Source of the DNA: Candidatus Nanopelagicales bacterium
GTDB lineage: Bacteria; Actinomycetota; Actinomycetes; S36-B12; UBA10799
DNA length: 64,000 nt
Direction of reading: 5' to 3'
Assembly (NCBI GenBank): GCA_037046735.1
Contig: JBAOHC010000027.1
Coordinates: 12,307 to 76,306, forward strand
In this document: piece by piece, positions 63,197 to 64,000 of the stretch
Numbering within the stretch: position 1 is the first letter of the stretch
Layout: each line of letters starts with the position of its first letter
Program-made: the position numbers and the translations under genes
The notes under the pieces: generated by a model
The model's input: the letters and a program-made list of their open reading frames with translations, nothing else
Databases searched by the model: none
What the model was told of the DNA's origin: nothing

Positions 63197-64000
63197 ATGT
63201 CGATCCCGCGCGATTTCCGTCCCCCACCCACGGGGGCTGAGACGCCCATCGTTCCGTGGCGCCTGAATCCGCGCGTCGTACTCGGGGTGGGACTCGGCGC
63301 CTGGATCGCCAGTTACGCCCTGGCCCAGATCACGGTGTCGGACGTGGGGATCCCCGCGCTGTTCCTGCCCACTGGCGTGGGGGTGGGGCTGCTGCTGCGC
63401 CTCCCGGGCCGAATGTGGTGGTGGGTTCTGGGTGCCATGCTGGCCACCGATGTCGGGGGCGGAACGGTGCTGGGACTGGCCACCTTCGAGGTCGCCGCCA
63501 TCTGGGGAGTCAGCAACGCCGTGCAGGTACTCGCTCTGGCGTTCCTGTTGCGCCGGGCGAAGGTCGACATGTCCCGGCCCCGCGACCCAGTGGTGCTGGC
63601 GGCGGTGGCCGCTGTGGTCACTGCCATCGTGGCGGTCGTTGGATCCCTGAGCCTGGCCTCCGTCTCCGACGTGGACGCCACGCGGTTCTGGGCGGACTGG
63701 TGGGGGTCGGACGTCCTTAGCGTGGTGTTGGTCGTGCCCCTGATCCTGCTTCTGGGACGGGCCAGCCCGCCGCGCGGACGGCGCGCCCTCGAGGCGCTCG
63801 CCTGGTTCGTCGTAGCGCTGGCAGGCCTCTTGGTGCAGTTCGCGGGCTTTGTGTATCCGGCCCTGCCGGTATGGGTGTGGCTGATCGTCGCCACCCCGCT
63901 CGTGGTCCTCTACAGCCTGCGTTTCGGGTTGTTGGCCATGTCGTTGTTCCTGCTCGGCATGGATTGGATCGCCGCATCGCTGACCGCCTGGGGGGTGGGG
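63197..64000 (+). CDS. polytopic membrane protein, MASE1-like sensor domain (N-terminal part; runs off the window)
   Basis: ATG 63197 lies 10 nt after GGGAGG. I translated 268 codons to the window edge by hand and found no stop. It is absent from the ORF track because it has no stop. Several hydrophobic helices and a WADWWGSDVLSVV motif. Confidence 0.5.
   Translation, partial: MSIPRDFRPPPTGAETPIVPWRLNPRVVLGVGLGAWIASYALAQITVSDVGIPALFLPTGVGVGLLLRLPGRMWWWVLGAMLATDVGGGTVLGLATFEVAAIWGVSNAVQVLALAFLLRRAKVDMSRPRDPVVLAAVAAVVTAIVAVVGSLSLASVSDVDATRFWADWWGSDVLSVVLVVPLILLLGRASPPRGRRALEALAWFVVALAGLLVQFAGFVYPALPVWVWLIVATPLVVLYSLRFGLLAMSLFLLGMDWIAASLTAWGVG

Noticed and set aside
1-64000. Scan for tRNA, rRNA or tmRNA genes.
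   Set aside because: By eye I found no T-arm-like GGTTCGAATCC-type sequence in a non-coding context and no long untranslatable conserved-looking stretch. This was not an exhaustive computational scan; tRNAscan-SE or Infernal would be decisive.

Overview
This is a 64-kb segment of a high-GC Actinomycetota chromosome; hand-sampled core-gene lines are about 68% GC. All family calls come from motifs visible in the supplied translations. No database search was run.

Gene order follows the conserved actinobacterial backbone I know from Mycobacterium tuberculosis. It matches Rv2050-Rv2052c (rbpA, ppm1, lnt) and Rv2089c-Rv2136c. The second block comprises an M24 peptidase, 5'-3' exonuclease, helY, tatC, tatA, pafA, prcA, prcB, pup, dop, mpa, trmI, a RecB-like nuclease, mshC, the SCO1664/DUF3090/phosphomutase trio and uppP. 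Housekeeping genes are interspersed: metH, pgi, gnd, corA, zapE, ligC plus a LigD-type polymerase, a MacB-type ABC exporter and several oxidoreductases. I recognised no rRNA, tRNA or CRISPR array.

The right-hand part, about 50.0-63.2 kb, looks accessory. It holds a toxin-antitoxin pair, an atypical ion channel and an Ntn hydrolase. It also holds an RCC1/FN3 secreted protein, an unusually large SGNH hydrolase and a collagen-like fibre protein.

Most notable observations:
1. The 3' end of the LigD-polymerase gene is present three times in direct orientation. The copies bracket a tiny TA cassette, which looks like an integration hotspot or an integrase-less cassette array.
2. dop is inverted in place inside an otherwise co-directional and very compact Pup-proteasome locus. 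It abuts mpa tail-to-tail with a 1-nt gap.
3. A 59-nt structured repeat occurs at least twice, each time 3' of a co-oriented gene.
4. tatC and an LLM-type oxidoreductase each carry a single-base frameshift in a short G/C run. This may indicate assembly indels, so every single-locus anomaly here needs read-level confirmation.
5. A collagen-like, tail-fibre-like surface protein lies next to an SGNH hydrolase with a very large insertion.

I cannot point to one clearly novel multi-gene system. The ligD-linked cassette array and the accessory block beyond it are the best candidates.
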